DNA from: Clostridiales bacterium
Lineage (GTDB): Bacteria; Bacillota; Clostridia; Saccharofermentanales; Saccharofermentanaceae
Direction: 5' to 3'
NCBI GenBank assembly: GCA_017964005.1
Contig: JAGCSR010000054.1
Coordinates: 172-64,171, forward strand
Length of the DNA: 64,000 nucleotides
The position numbers and the translations under genes are program-made. Position 1 is the first letter of the stretch, and each line of letters starts with the position of its first letter. This document shows, one piece after another, positions 47,392 through 56,429 of the stretch. Under the pieces are notes generated by a model. The model was not told where the DNA came from. It saw only the letters and a program-made list of their open reading frames with translations, and did not search any database.

Positions 47392-48117
47392 TCATTTCCT
47401 TGCTGTTATCCCGTAGTAGTTTCTTAGTAGTCTTATCCTTCCGCCGAAGGTGTTGTCCGCGATGTACTTATCCAGAAGATCGTCATCGACAGCATCCAGG
47501 ATCGGGACCTTGCATAAGAAGGACTTAAAGGTCTCGCGGTCTTTGAAGTATTCCCGTTCGTGGATGGGAACGAGTTCTATGTCCCGAAAACCTGCCTTTA
47601 TCACATTCTCATAATCTATGATGCTCTGAGGAACCGGGTCTTCGTATCCCTGACCCCCGCCGAATATCATCTTCAGATTCCAGCAGTCGTATTTGTCGAC
47701 CCCTCTTATGAGAAGATAGCCTCCATCCTTAAGGCAGCGTCTTATCTGCACGGGATCTGTGGGCGTGTGCCTTGCGACCACGATGTCAAAGTGGTCTTGC
47801 GGAACATCCATGTTAAGATTGTCCATCACTTTAAATGTGATATTCTTCCTGCCGGAACTTGCAAGATTCCTGTTCGCGGTCTCGATCATGCCGGGCGAAT
47901 AATCACATCCTAAGATCTCCTTGCAGTCGGGAAAGTTTGCCAGGAGTTTCTCGCCTCCTGCGGTCCCCAGATCCAGTATCGCGGAATCTTCACATGCAAG
48001 GTTTCCTAAGATCTCGTAAAGATCCCAGTCCGTTAATGTCTCGGTGCGGATGTCGAACGCGTCAAAATCCCAATTCGAGATCTCTTCATAATAGTTCTGA
48101 TAACTGTCGTGTAACAT
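47392..48117 (-). CDS. Class I SAM-dependent methyltransferase
   Basis: ILDLGTAGG, GCDYSPGMI, FDIV. Confidence 0.85.
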   Translation of the reverse strand: MLHDSYQNYYEEISNWDFDAFDIRTETLTDWDLYEILGNLACEDSAILDLGTAGGEKLLANFPDCKEILGCDYSPGMIETANRNLASSGRKNITFKVMDNLNMDVPQDHFDIVVARHTPTDPVQIRRCLKDGGYLLIRGVDKYDCWNLKMIFGGGQGYEDPVPQSIIDYENVIKAGFRDIELVPIHEREYFKDRETFKSFLCKVPILDAVDDDLLDKYIADNTFGGRIRLLRNYYGITARK

Positions 48118-48315
48118 AAAAAAGAACCTCCTTTCACGAACAGCAAATTAACGCGCGGATAAGCGCTTCGGTCTGTCATTCATGATGAGATTCTGAGGTT
48201 CTTATCATTATTAACCCCGCTATATGAGCGTCATGGCTGCGGAACGCGAATAACTAATTGATCCGCCGCAAGGTTATGGTATCACGACCGGCGGGATATT
48301 TCCAGTTCCGCTTAC

Positions 48316-48349
48316 AAAAACAGGCTGTCTTCCTATACGGAAGACAGCC
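48316..48349 (-). terminator. Intrinsic terminator after small peptide gene
   Basis: GGCTGTCTTCC/GGAAGACAGCC stem + U-tail on the minus strand. Confidence 0.75.
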
Positions 48350-48377
48350 CGGAAACAGACTTTATCAGGACAAGAAA

Positions 48378-48629
48378 TCAGAGCGAATCCCAGTTCTTCT
48401 TGATGAATCCTTCTACATCCTCGTAAGTGATGTTGGGATAAGAGGATTTGTAAATGTCGTAGAATGCCGGGAGCTGCTGCCAGATCGTATCCAGGGAAAT
48501 GCCCATGGATTTGATCGCTTTGAGATTGTCGAGGAGCGTGTTCTCTTCATCCTGGGTCATGACTCCGCCGGATATTGCGTCAAGGATCTTAGGATCAAGA
48601 TCGATAAAACCGTTATTGTTATCAGCCAT
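48378..48629 (-). CDS. 83-aa protein with double-glycine-like leader
   Basis: AAAGGAG RBS; DLDPKILDAISGG motif; own terminator. Confidence 0.6.
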   Translation of the reverse strand: MADNNNGFIDLDPKILDAISGGVMTQDEENTLLDNLKAIKSMGISLDTIWQQLPAFYDIYKSSYPNITYEDVEGFIKKNWDSL

Positions 48630-48870
48630 AATGATTCTCCTTTCACTTGGAGGATGAGGTCCTATGTTCATCCTTGTATTGGTTCATTGTACAGTTTAAT
48701 TCTCAATAATCGGTGAACAAAGTATTAATAGTTCGTATAAGTTGAAGAGAGCCTGTTCTTAAGGCTTTGAAGTAATTGACAAACGTGTGGATCATAAATA
48801 AAATCTAATATGTACCTTGTTGTACAGAATAAGACTTAATCAAATACTATATATAGAAAGGGGCTTCAAT

Positions 48871-49779
48871 ATGAACGCATCAGAAAAGGTTTTTACCGCA
48901 GGCGAAGTTATCTTCCGTGAAGGAGATGCAGGCAACAGTTTTTACCGTATCCTTGATGGAGATGTAGGAGTATATATCAACTACGGAACAGACGATCAGC
49001 TCAAGCTCGTAGTCCTTAAGCCCGGACAGTTCTTCGGTGAGATGGCCGTTATCGAGTCTTATCCGAGGAGCACGACAGTCGTTGCAGAAGACGAAGTCCG
49101 CGCCATCGAAGTTCCTGAAGAAGGTCTTACGGAATATTTCGCAGAAGACCCGGATACGATCCTTGCGATCATGAAGCACATCGGAACAAGACTTAAGGGT
49201 CTGACCAAGGATTATAACGATGCCAAGTTCCTCCTAGCCGAGATCCAGGACGCAAAGGTTGATAAGAAGAGCGAGTCTGTCGCATCCAAGGTCAAGAAGT
49301 TCTTTGATGTCTATACATCCGGCAAGAACAATCCGGGCAAGCCCAGCGCCGAGTCTATCCGTGAGCAGTCCATCGGTCTTACGAAGGAAGATTCCACGAG
49401 CGCCGAGACATACAGCAAGGGAACAGTTATCTTCCGCGAAGGTGAATTCGGCAACTGCATGTATGCTGTATACGGCGGAACAGTTGGCATCTACAGCAAT
49501 TACGGCGAAGCAAACGAAGTAAAGCTCACGGAGCTCTATCCTGTTTCGTTCTTTGGCGAGATGGGAATGATCGCGGAGGAGGCAAGAAGCGCTACGGCTG
49601 TTGCCGCATCCGATGACACATTCGTCGAGATCATCCGTCCCGAAGAACTCAAGGAGATGTTCAAGACTTCACCTGTCAAGGTAGAGATGATCTTAAGGCA
49701 CCTGTCATATCGTTTGAGATCTCTTACATACGATTACTACAACACCTGTAAGGAGATCTACGACGCTTACAACAAATGA
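48871..49779 (+). CDS. Tandem cyclic nucleotide-binding domain protein
   Basis: Two IFREG motifs and two phosphate-binding cassettes FFGEM...PRST and FFGEM...ARSA; no HTH. Confidence 0.9.
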   Translation: MNASEKVFTAGEVIFREGDAGNSFYRILDGDVGVYINYGTDDQLKLVVLKPGQFFGEMAVIESYPRSTTVVAEDEVRAIEVPEEGLTEYFAEDPDTILAIMKHIGTRLKGLTKDYNDAKFLLAEIQDAKVDKKSESVASKVKKFFDVYTSGKNNPGKPSAESIREQSIGLTKEDSTSAETYSKGTVIFREGEFGNCMYAVYGGTVGIYSNYGEANEVKLTELYPVSFFGEMGMIAEEARSATAVAASDDTFVEIIRPEELKEMFKTSPVKVEMILRHLSYRLRSLTYDYYNTCKEIYDAYNK

Positions 49780-51074
49780 TCACACCGGAACAGGTTAAAT
49801 TCATAATCGACAGCACCGATGATTCGGTATGTATTATTTCGGCCATGGGGGATCTCATCTTTGCGAACCCCGCGGCCGAAAAGCTTTTCGGGATGTCCGC
49901 AGCGGAAGGCAAGAAGATCTGGGATTCCATTCCGTACATCGCGGGTAACGACGATCTCATCCAGGTCTTTATCGACACGGTCGCAACAAGAGCTCCTTCG
50001 AATGAAGCGGTCACGGATTACGTGAATAACGACGGCAAGGTCCATAATCTTCACGTAAGGATGACATCCTACAAAGAAGATATGGATGTCTATCTTATCG
50101 TGATAACCGATCTGACCCAGCTCATTACGGTGAACAAGGCTTTCGCAAGGTACACGTCGCCTGATATCGCCGACTATGTTCTGACGACTGCGGAAGGCCA
50201 GAAGACCGGAGGCCTCACCAAGGATGTCACCATCATGATGAGCGACATAAGAGGGTTCACCGCGTTGAGTTCCAAATTGCCTGCCAAGGAACTTATCACC
50301 GTTCTGAATCACTACTTTGCTTCGGTGGTTGCCGTTATCGAAAAGTACGGAGGAACGGTAATCGAATTCTTAGGTGACGGGATCTTCGTTGTATTCGGTG
50401 CGCCTAAGGACCTTCCTGACCATGCGTCCCGGGCTGTAAGATGCGCTGTCGAGATGCAGAATGTCATGACGGATGTCAACGAATGGAACATGCAGAACGG
50501 ATACCCGGATCTTCAGATGGGGATCGGGATCAATTCCGGCAAGGCCGTAGTCGGCAATATAGGTTCCGACAAGAAGATGAAGTACGGATGCATGGGTTCC
50601 ACGGTGAATATCGCAGGACGTATCGAGAGTCTTACGATCGGAGGACAGATCCTTATAACCGAGAACACCGAGAAGCAGATAGAAGACGAACTCATCATAT
50701 CTTCCGAAGACAGCATACTTCCGAAAGGATCTCCTACTGAACTTAAATACTACGAGATCAAAGGGATCGGAGATATCACATGCGAAGTCTTCTCTGACAG
50801 GGATATAATCTGGGAGGATAAGGAAGAAGATTATTCTTTCTATATCCTTGAAGGCAAGACCGTAGGAGATGACGAGCAGCAGGGCAGGATCGTAAGGAGG
50901 TCCGAAGACGGAAGGTTTGCAGTTCTTGCATCTTCGGCAGCTCTTGCCGCCAAACAGAACCTTATGCTCCGAAGAGGCGATGAATGCATTTATGCCAAGG
51001 TAATAAGATCAGATGCCCAAGGTGATCTTATCTGTTTTACATCCGTTACGCAGAATATAGGGCAGAAGGGGTAA
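49776..51074 (+). CDS. PAS + class III nucleotidyl cyclase (guanylate-type signature)
   Basis: ANPAAEKLFG (PAS); SDIRGFT, EFLGDG, GIGINSG, KYGCMGSTVNIAGRIES. Confidence 0.9.
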   Translation: MITPEQVKFIIDSTDDSVCIISAMGDLIFANPAAEKLFGMSAAEGKKIWDSIPYIAGNDDLIQVFIDTVATRAPSNEAVTDYVNNDGKVHNLHVRMTSYKEDMDVYLIVITDLTQLITVNKAFARYTSPDIADYVLTTAEGQKTGGLTKDVTIMMSDIRGFTALSSKLPAKELITVLNHYFASVVAVIEKYGGTVIEFLGDGIFVVFGAPKDLPDHASRAVRCAVEMQNVMTDVNEWNMQNGYPDLQMGIGINSGKAVVGNIGSDKKMKYGCMGSTVNIAGRIESLTIGGQILITENTEKQIEDELIISSEDSILPKGSPTELKYYEIKGIGDITCEVFSDRDIIWEDKEEDYSFYILEGKTVGDDEQQGRIVRRSEDGRFAVLASSAALAAKQNLMLRRGDECIYAKVIRSDAQGDLICFTSVTQNIGQKG

Positions 51075-51075
51075 T

Positions 51076-51732
51076 ATGGCGCGAATCCTGGTTATAGAAG
51101 ACGATCCGGATATCAACGGTATTCTCGTAAGCCTGCTGACAGGAGCAGGATACGATGTCATGCGCGCATTCAGCGGCAGGGAGGCGATACCTTTCATCAA
51201 GTCTGACCCTGACCTTATACTGATGGATCTGATGCTCCCTGATACGACAGGGGAAGCTCTCCTTACGCAAGTTGCGGAGGGCATTCCGGTGATCGCGGTG
51301 AGCGCCAGGAGCCAGGTTACGGACAAAGTCGATCTTCTCACCAGAGGCTGCGTTGACTATGTGACCAAGCCTTTCGATAATAAAGAACTTCTCGCAAGGA
51401 TAGAAGTTGCATTGAGGTTCAAGAAGAAAGACAACAAGACTTTGATAGGCAATATTACTCTTGACGATAACGAACACGAGATACGGGTGGGAGATGACCC
51501 CGTAAGACTTACTCCTACGGAATACGCGATCATGAAGGTGCTGATATTGAACAGTGACCGCGTGATATCAAGATCCGAACTTATGGAAGAAGCGCAGAAG
51601 GATACGCCCGACCTTGTGGAGGAGTCTCTTAAGGTCCATATGAGTAATCTCAGGCGTAAGATAAAGACTGCAGGATCAGATGTGGAGATAGAAGCAGTCT
51701 GGGGTATTGGATTCCGCTTAACCGTTTCTTAA
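51076..51732 (+). CDS. OmpR-family response regulator
   Basis: IEDD, MDLMLP, KPF, LTPTE, VWGIGF. Confidence 0.93.
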   Translation: MARILVIEDDPDINGILVSLLTGAGYDVMRAFSGREAIPFIKSDPDLILMDLMLPDTTGEALLTQVAEGIPVIAVSARSQVTDKVDLLTRGCVDYVTKPFDNKELLARIEVALRFKKKDNKTLIGNITLDDNEHEIRVGDDPVRLTPTEYAIMKVLILNSDRVISRSELMEEAQKDTPDLVEESLKVHMSNLRRKIKTAGSDVEIEAVWGIGFRLTVS

Positions 51733-51786
51733 CTACAATTCAATTTGCCGTTGTTGTATCCTCATAGCGTAAAGGAGGGTACAGGC

Positions 51787-52653
51787 ATGGAAAACATTCT
51801 CACAGTAAACAACATATGTAAGTCGTACGGCAAAAAGAAAGTCCTGGACGACGTATCGATCAGGATCCCCAAGGGTTCCATCTACGGTCTGATCGGAAAG
51901 AACGGCGCCGGCAAGACAACTCTTATGAGGATCATAACAAGTCTTCAGGAGCCGCAGTCGGGATCCGTGGAACTCGGCAAAGCCCGTATCGGAGCCTTGA
52001 TAGATTCTCCCGCGTTCTATGCGAATCTGTCCGCCAAAGAGAATATGACAGCTCACTTCAAGACTTTGGGACTTACTTCCTACGACGCCATAGACGAGCT
52101 TCTAAAACTCGTAAAACTCGACGATACGGGCAGTAAGGCTGCCGGGAAGTTCTCCTTCGGAATGAAGCAGAGACTGGGTATCGCCATAGCCTTGTCCGGC
52201 AATCCTGATATCGTCCTGATGGATGAGCCCATCAACGGTCTTGATCCTCAGGGAATAATAGAGATAAGAGAGATAATACTCGACATCTACAAACAGAAGG
52301 GAACGACATTTATAATCTCAAGCCACCTTCTGGATGAACTGTCGAAGATAGCAACAGATTACGCATTCATAGATCATGGCAGGATCATCAAGGAGATATC
52401 AGCAAAGGAACTGATAGAAGGGTCCGGTAAGTCCTATTCCGCGACGGTATCAGATGCTTCCAAAGTATGTAAAGTCCTGGATGATGAAGGCAAGAGATAC
52501 AAGCTCATAAGCGATAAGAAGATACGGATAGAAGATGAGATGACGCTTGCCGGGATGAGTGACATCGCCGAAAGGTGCGGTGTTGAACTCATCGAATTTA
52601 CCGAGCATGACACCAGCCTTGAAGGCTATTTCATTAATCTTGTGGAGGGATGA
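51787..52653 (+). CDS. ABC transporter ATP-binding protein (BcrA/lantibiotic-immunity-like)
   Basis: GKNGAGKTT, FSFGMKQRL, DEPINGLDP, SSH. Confidence 0.92.
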   Translation: MENILTVNNICKSYGKKKVLDDVSIRIPKGSIYGLIGKNGAGKTTLMRIITSLQEPQSGSVELGKARIGALIDSPAFYANLSAKENMTAHFKTLGLTSYDAIDELLKLVKLDDTGSKAAGKFSFGMKQRLGIAIALSGNPDIVLMDEPINGLDPQGIIEIREIILDIYKQKGTTFIISSHLLDELSKIATDYAFIDHGRIIKEISAKELIEGSGKSYSATVSDASKVCKVLDDEGKRYKLISDKKIRIEDEMTLAGMSDIAERCGVELIEFTEHDTSLEGYFINLVEG

Positions 52654-52654
52654 T

Positions 52655-53728
52655 ATGACACGCTGTTTGAAGACTTTTTTGTATACGATGACCCATGACC
52701 TGACGTTCTATATTATCGTTATTGTGTCGATCCTGGCTTTCGTTGCGACATACTTTCTGATTAACACCGATGGCGCATTTGATAACCATATATATATCGG
52801 AGAGGGAGACAGCAGGATATATCTTGAATATGAGAAAGAAGATCCTTCTATCGTCGTAAAGAACGGATCTATGGGTCAAACCTATTCTCCCGTTCAGCCG
52901 ATATTCGAACAGAATTCGATTGATAACAGTTTTGGTATTAACAATCTGGTCGTTACTGCCATGATCTATATTTTTCTGGCGCATACCGTATATCAGGCGT
53001 CATTCTTCGGAAGACTCTATAAGAACGGTGTAATAAGGAATTATATTATCGCCGGCATATCGAAGGTAAAAGTGTTTGCCTCATGCTTCATCCTGAGTGA
53101 ACTGTTGTTGATCTTACAATTCGCGCTTGGCATTGCGGTTACGGCGCTGACATGTGCGATAAAGGGAGGTTACATGATAATCTGGTGGCCGTCATTTGCG
53201 CTGTGCCTTCTGGCAATATTCCTTATACTGAGTTTCGTATCGGTATGCGTTCTGGCTTTGATGTTCCTTTCCCGGAATCAGCTCATTACACTGATCCTCC
53301 CGGTCGTGCTTGGCCTCGCGGCAGTGTATTATTTTACTCCCGAGATGATCAGAATAGCAGGGAACCAACCTTATGAAGCGGACATTGAAGTAGGATCCAG
53401 GGCATATACATTATTGACGGACGAAAAGAACGAATATTATGTTGATTCCGATTCGTTTGCGGAAAAACTGTATGTTAACGGCGAACTTATTGATTACCTC
53501 GATAAGAGCAAGCCGAATCCGGACTATCCTGGAGATCTGGTCCGTGATTCAGCAAGATTCTTTATCAAGAGCAATGTAATGTCGTTCCCGGAATATCTGT
53601 TGATGTTCGAATACGATGCATTTGTAAGGGACGGGGTCATGACACAATATATCGTGATATCTTCATGTTATACGGTCGCAATGTTTGCTGTCGGGTGTAT
53701 AATTGCAAGAAAACGCAATTTGAACTGA
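52655..53728 (+). CDS. ABC-2 type permease
   Basis: About 6 TMs, directly after the ATPase gene. Confidence 0.7.
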   Translation: MTRCLKTFLYTMTHDLTFYIIVIVSILAFVATYFLINTDGAFDNHIYIGEGDSRIYLEYEKEDPSIVVKNGSMGQTYSPVQPIFEQNSIDNSFGINNLVVTAMIYIFLAHTVYQASFFGRLYKNGVIRNYIIAGISKVKVFASCFILSELLLILQFALGIAVTALTCAIKGGYMIIWWPSFALCLLAIFLILSFVSVCVLALMFLSRNQLITLILPVVLGLAAVYYFTPEMIRIAGNQPYEADIEVGSRAYTLLTDEKNEYYVDSDSFAEKLYVNGELIDYLDKSKPNPDYPGDLVRDSARFFIKSNVMSFPEYLLMFEYDAFVRDGVMTQYIVISSCYTVAMFAVGCIIARKRNLN

Positions 53729-53729
53729 C

Positions 53730-54617
53730 ATGCCCATCGCAATAGCCCTGATCGTAATCCATGCAATAGCCGTAATCGTCCTGGCCGTCAGGCTGGCACT
53801 GACGAGATGCGCTTTCGATGAGATCAGGCAGCAGGCGGACGATAAGATAGAAGGATCCACACAATCTTCGATAAGGCTCACTACTTCGGACAAGAAAGCC
53901 CGTGCTCTTGCAACAGATCTTGACAGGGCATTGACGGACCTCAATGAAGAGAGGAATAAGCTCATTGCAGGTGACCGTGTCATGCGAAGCAACATAACTG
54001 CCATATCCCACGATCTTAGGACGCCTCTTACGGCGATCAATTCCTACTCCGAGATGCTTGAAGGGGAATTGTCCGAAGAGGACAGGAGAGAGTACGTAAG
54101 CCGTATAAGACAGAGAGCGGAAGAACTGGGAGACCTGACAGAAGAACTGTTCAAGTATTCCGTGTCCCGGGACGCCCAATACTACTCGCACCTGTCGACG
54201 GAGCCCATAGATCTCAAAAGGCTCATAGAAGAGATACTATTGTCGTTCTATAAAGACTTTGAGGCCCGGAAGATCACGCCGGAGACGAGCTTTTGCGAAG
54301 ATCAGGTCGTAATAGAATATAACCGCAAGAACGCCGTAAGGGTGCTGGACAATGTGTTCGGGAACGCATCGAAGTATGCAGCAGATTATCTCAAAGTATC
54401 CCTTGATAAGGACGGTGAGATCGTTGTAGTCAATAAGGCATCTGATCTTACTCCCGTTCAGGTATCACACATGTTCGACCGTTACTACACTGTGGATGAC
54501 GGCAAGCGTTCCACAGGCCTCGGACTTGCCATAGCAAAGGAACTTCTCATGGAATCCGAAGGATCGATATCCGCGGAACTTGAAGGCGAAGACCTGGTGA
54601 TAAAGATAAAGTTCTGA
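53730..54617 (+). CDS. Sensor histidine kinase (short, single TM)
   Basis: ISHDLRTPLT, NASKY, FDRYY, TGLGLAI. Confidence 0.92.
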   Translation: MPIAIALIVIHAIAVIVLAVRLALTRCAFDEIRQQADDKIEGSTQSSIRLTTSDKKARALATDLDRALTDLNEERNKLIAGDRVMRSNITAISHDLRTPLTAINSYSEMLEGELSEEDRREYVSRIRQRAEELGDLTEELFKYSVSRDAQYYSHLSTEPIDLKRLIEEILLSFYKDFEARKITPETSFCEDQVVIEYNRKNAVRVLDNVFGNASKYAADYLKVSLDKDGEIVVVNKASDLTPVQVSHMFDRYYTVDDGKRSTGLGLAIAKELLMESEGSISAELEGEDLVIKIKF

Positions 54618-56327
54618 TCAGTCTCCCGTCAGCATCTCATATGTGACACCGTACTTGGCGGCGATGTCGTGTGCGTATGACATGCCTTCAGGCGGCATCT
54701 CGATTACCTTGAACGAACGCTGTCCGTCTATGCTCTGCATGACGATCGAAGCGATCCCCGATCCGAGTTCTTTGGTATCCTGTGCCAGCTTATGCATGTG
54801 TGTATTGAAGATGGTGCGGACATTCTTTGAGATCAGAGCGCGAACTGCATCAGTGGCAATATAGTAGCCCTCTTCGAAAGATGTTGTCGAGAAAGTCTCG
54901 TTGAGAAGTATGAGACTCTCAGATGTCGCTTCGTCAAAGATCTTCCTGAACCTGACGCATTCTTCTCCCAAACGTCCCAGATCGAATGTCTTGTCTTCGT
55001 CCGCGGGGAAGTGAGTATAGATCATGTCAACAGGAGTGTAACTGAAGCTTGAGGCAGGCACGAATATTCCGCCCTGCGCAAGCGCGAAGAGCTGACCTAC
55101 TGCCTGAGTCAGAGTAGTCTTGCCGCCCCTGTTCGCGCCGGTGAGAAGATAGATCACATGGTCCTTATCGAAAACCAGGTCGTTATAGACTATCTCGTCT
55201 TCTTTGCCGACTGCGGTAAGTAGCTTGATATTATAAAGTCCTTCGGCGTTCATGGCGGAATCGTCTTTGCCGCTGATGACCGAAGGCTTGCAAAAATGCA
55301 TGCCGCGGGATGTCTCTTTCTCGATGAATTCCGCGAACCTTATGTAGTAGATGAGCTCAGGTATCAGCCTTGAGATGGTGGCGATCGATACATCCGTATA
55401 TTTCTCGAGAACGGAGCGGAGCTTCTTTACGACATGCCCGCACATCTTGGACGCGGCATTGGCCAGAAGGAGTGTCGAATTGACGGAGCCGTCACCTGAA
55501 GGGATATGTGACAGTGTGGCTTTGGACATCAAAAGAGGGTTGCTCATCATGTTCAATGCCGTGACATTCTGGTCCATCTTGTTGATAAACCCGTCAATTG
55601 AAGACTGGTCCGCCTGGACATAATGCATATCCCCGTCCCATTCCGAATCTTCTTTGATTCGGTCCTTGGCAGCGATGGCATCCGCGAAATTTCCCACGAT
55701 ACCTGATTTCTTGAACTGTTTTGCATTAACGGACACAAGTCCCAGACTCTCGGCTTCGAATCTGGAATTGACATTGATGCCGACGGTAACGCTCTGGATG
55801 GAAGCGGTATCGGTCTTCAGACCGGCAGTGTCCTGCTTGAGTTCTTCAAAACATGAGTCGGTATAGAGTTCATCCACATATTTTTTGAGATTGGATAATC
55901 CTTCGGACTTTATCCTCGGATCACTTAAGCACTCGCGGAGTTCTTCCACCGCGATGATGTAGGAATTGATCTCGTCGAGCCTGTGGAGGAGATCCCAGAT
56001 ATCGGCTTTCTCGTCCGAGCTCTTGCGCCAGGATCCGTAATCTCTGAGGTATTCAATACGGTTCATGAGATCTAAGAGTTTCTTCCTTATATCCGGAAGG
56101 GTCAACAGGTCATAGAAGATGTCCTGTCTTAATGCTGCGGCTTCCGGTGATGCTGTCATCTGAGAGAGCGTCCTTTGGATCATCTGCTGTTCCTTGGGCT
56201 CTTCCGTTACGCGTTTGGCGAGCTCATCCAGTCCCAGATCATGGTAGGTCGTATCGTTCATGGACTTGTAATCAGTTGCGCCGTCCAAATGGATCAGGCT
56301 TATATTGTGAGTATCTACGGTTGCCAT
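54618..56327 (-). CDS. MutS-related ATPase (domain V)
   Basis: TGANRGGKTT, THFP, GRLGEE, LLNETFSTT, THMH. Confidence 0.85.
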   Translation of the reverse strand: MATVDTHNISLIHLDGATDYKSMNDTTYHDLGLDELAKRVTEEPKEQQMIQRTLSQMTASPEAAALRQDIFYDLLTLPDIRKKLLDLMNRIEYLRDYGSWRKSSDEKADIWDLLHRLDEINSYIIAVEELRECLSDPRIKSEGLSNLKKYVDELYTDSCFEELKQDTAGLKTDTASIQSVTVGINVNSRFEAESLGLVSVNAKQFKKSGIVGNFADAIAAKDRIKEDSEWDGDMHYVQADQSSIDGFINKMDQNVTALNMMSNPLLMSKATLSHIPSGDGSVNSTLLLANAASKMCGHVVKKLRSVLEKYTDVSIATISRLIPELIYYIRFAEFIEKETSRGMHFCKPSVISGKDDSAMNAEGLYNIKLLTAVGKEDEIVYNDLVFDKDHVIYLLTGANRGGKTTLTQAVGQLFALAQGGIFVPASSFSYTPVDMIYTHFPADEDKTFDLGRLGEECVRFRKIFDEATSESLILLNETFSTTSFEEGYYIATDAVRALISKNVRTIFNTHMHKLAQDTKELGSGIASIVMQSIDGQRSFKVIEMPPEGMSYAHDIAAKYGVTYEMLTGD

Positions 56328-56429
56328 CTTAAGACCTCCTATGAGAGTATGATACATCATATGATCATTAACATAAAGGACAACGAGGGAAGTGGTATAA
56401 TAGACACATCATCAGGAGGAGGATCCCCC

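Noticed and set aside
56175-56429. N-terminal extension of the PP2C ORF
   Set aside because: Overlaps the divergent MutS-like gene; GGAGG RBS precedes ATG 56430
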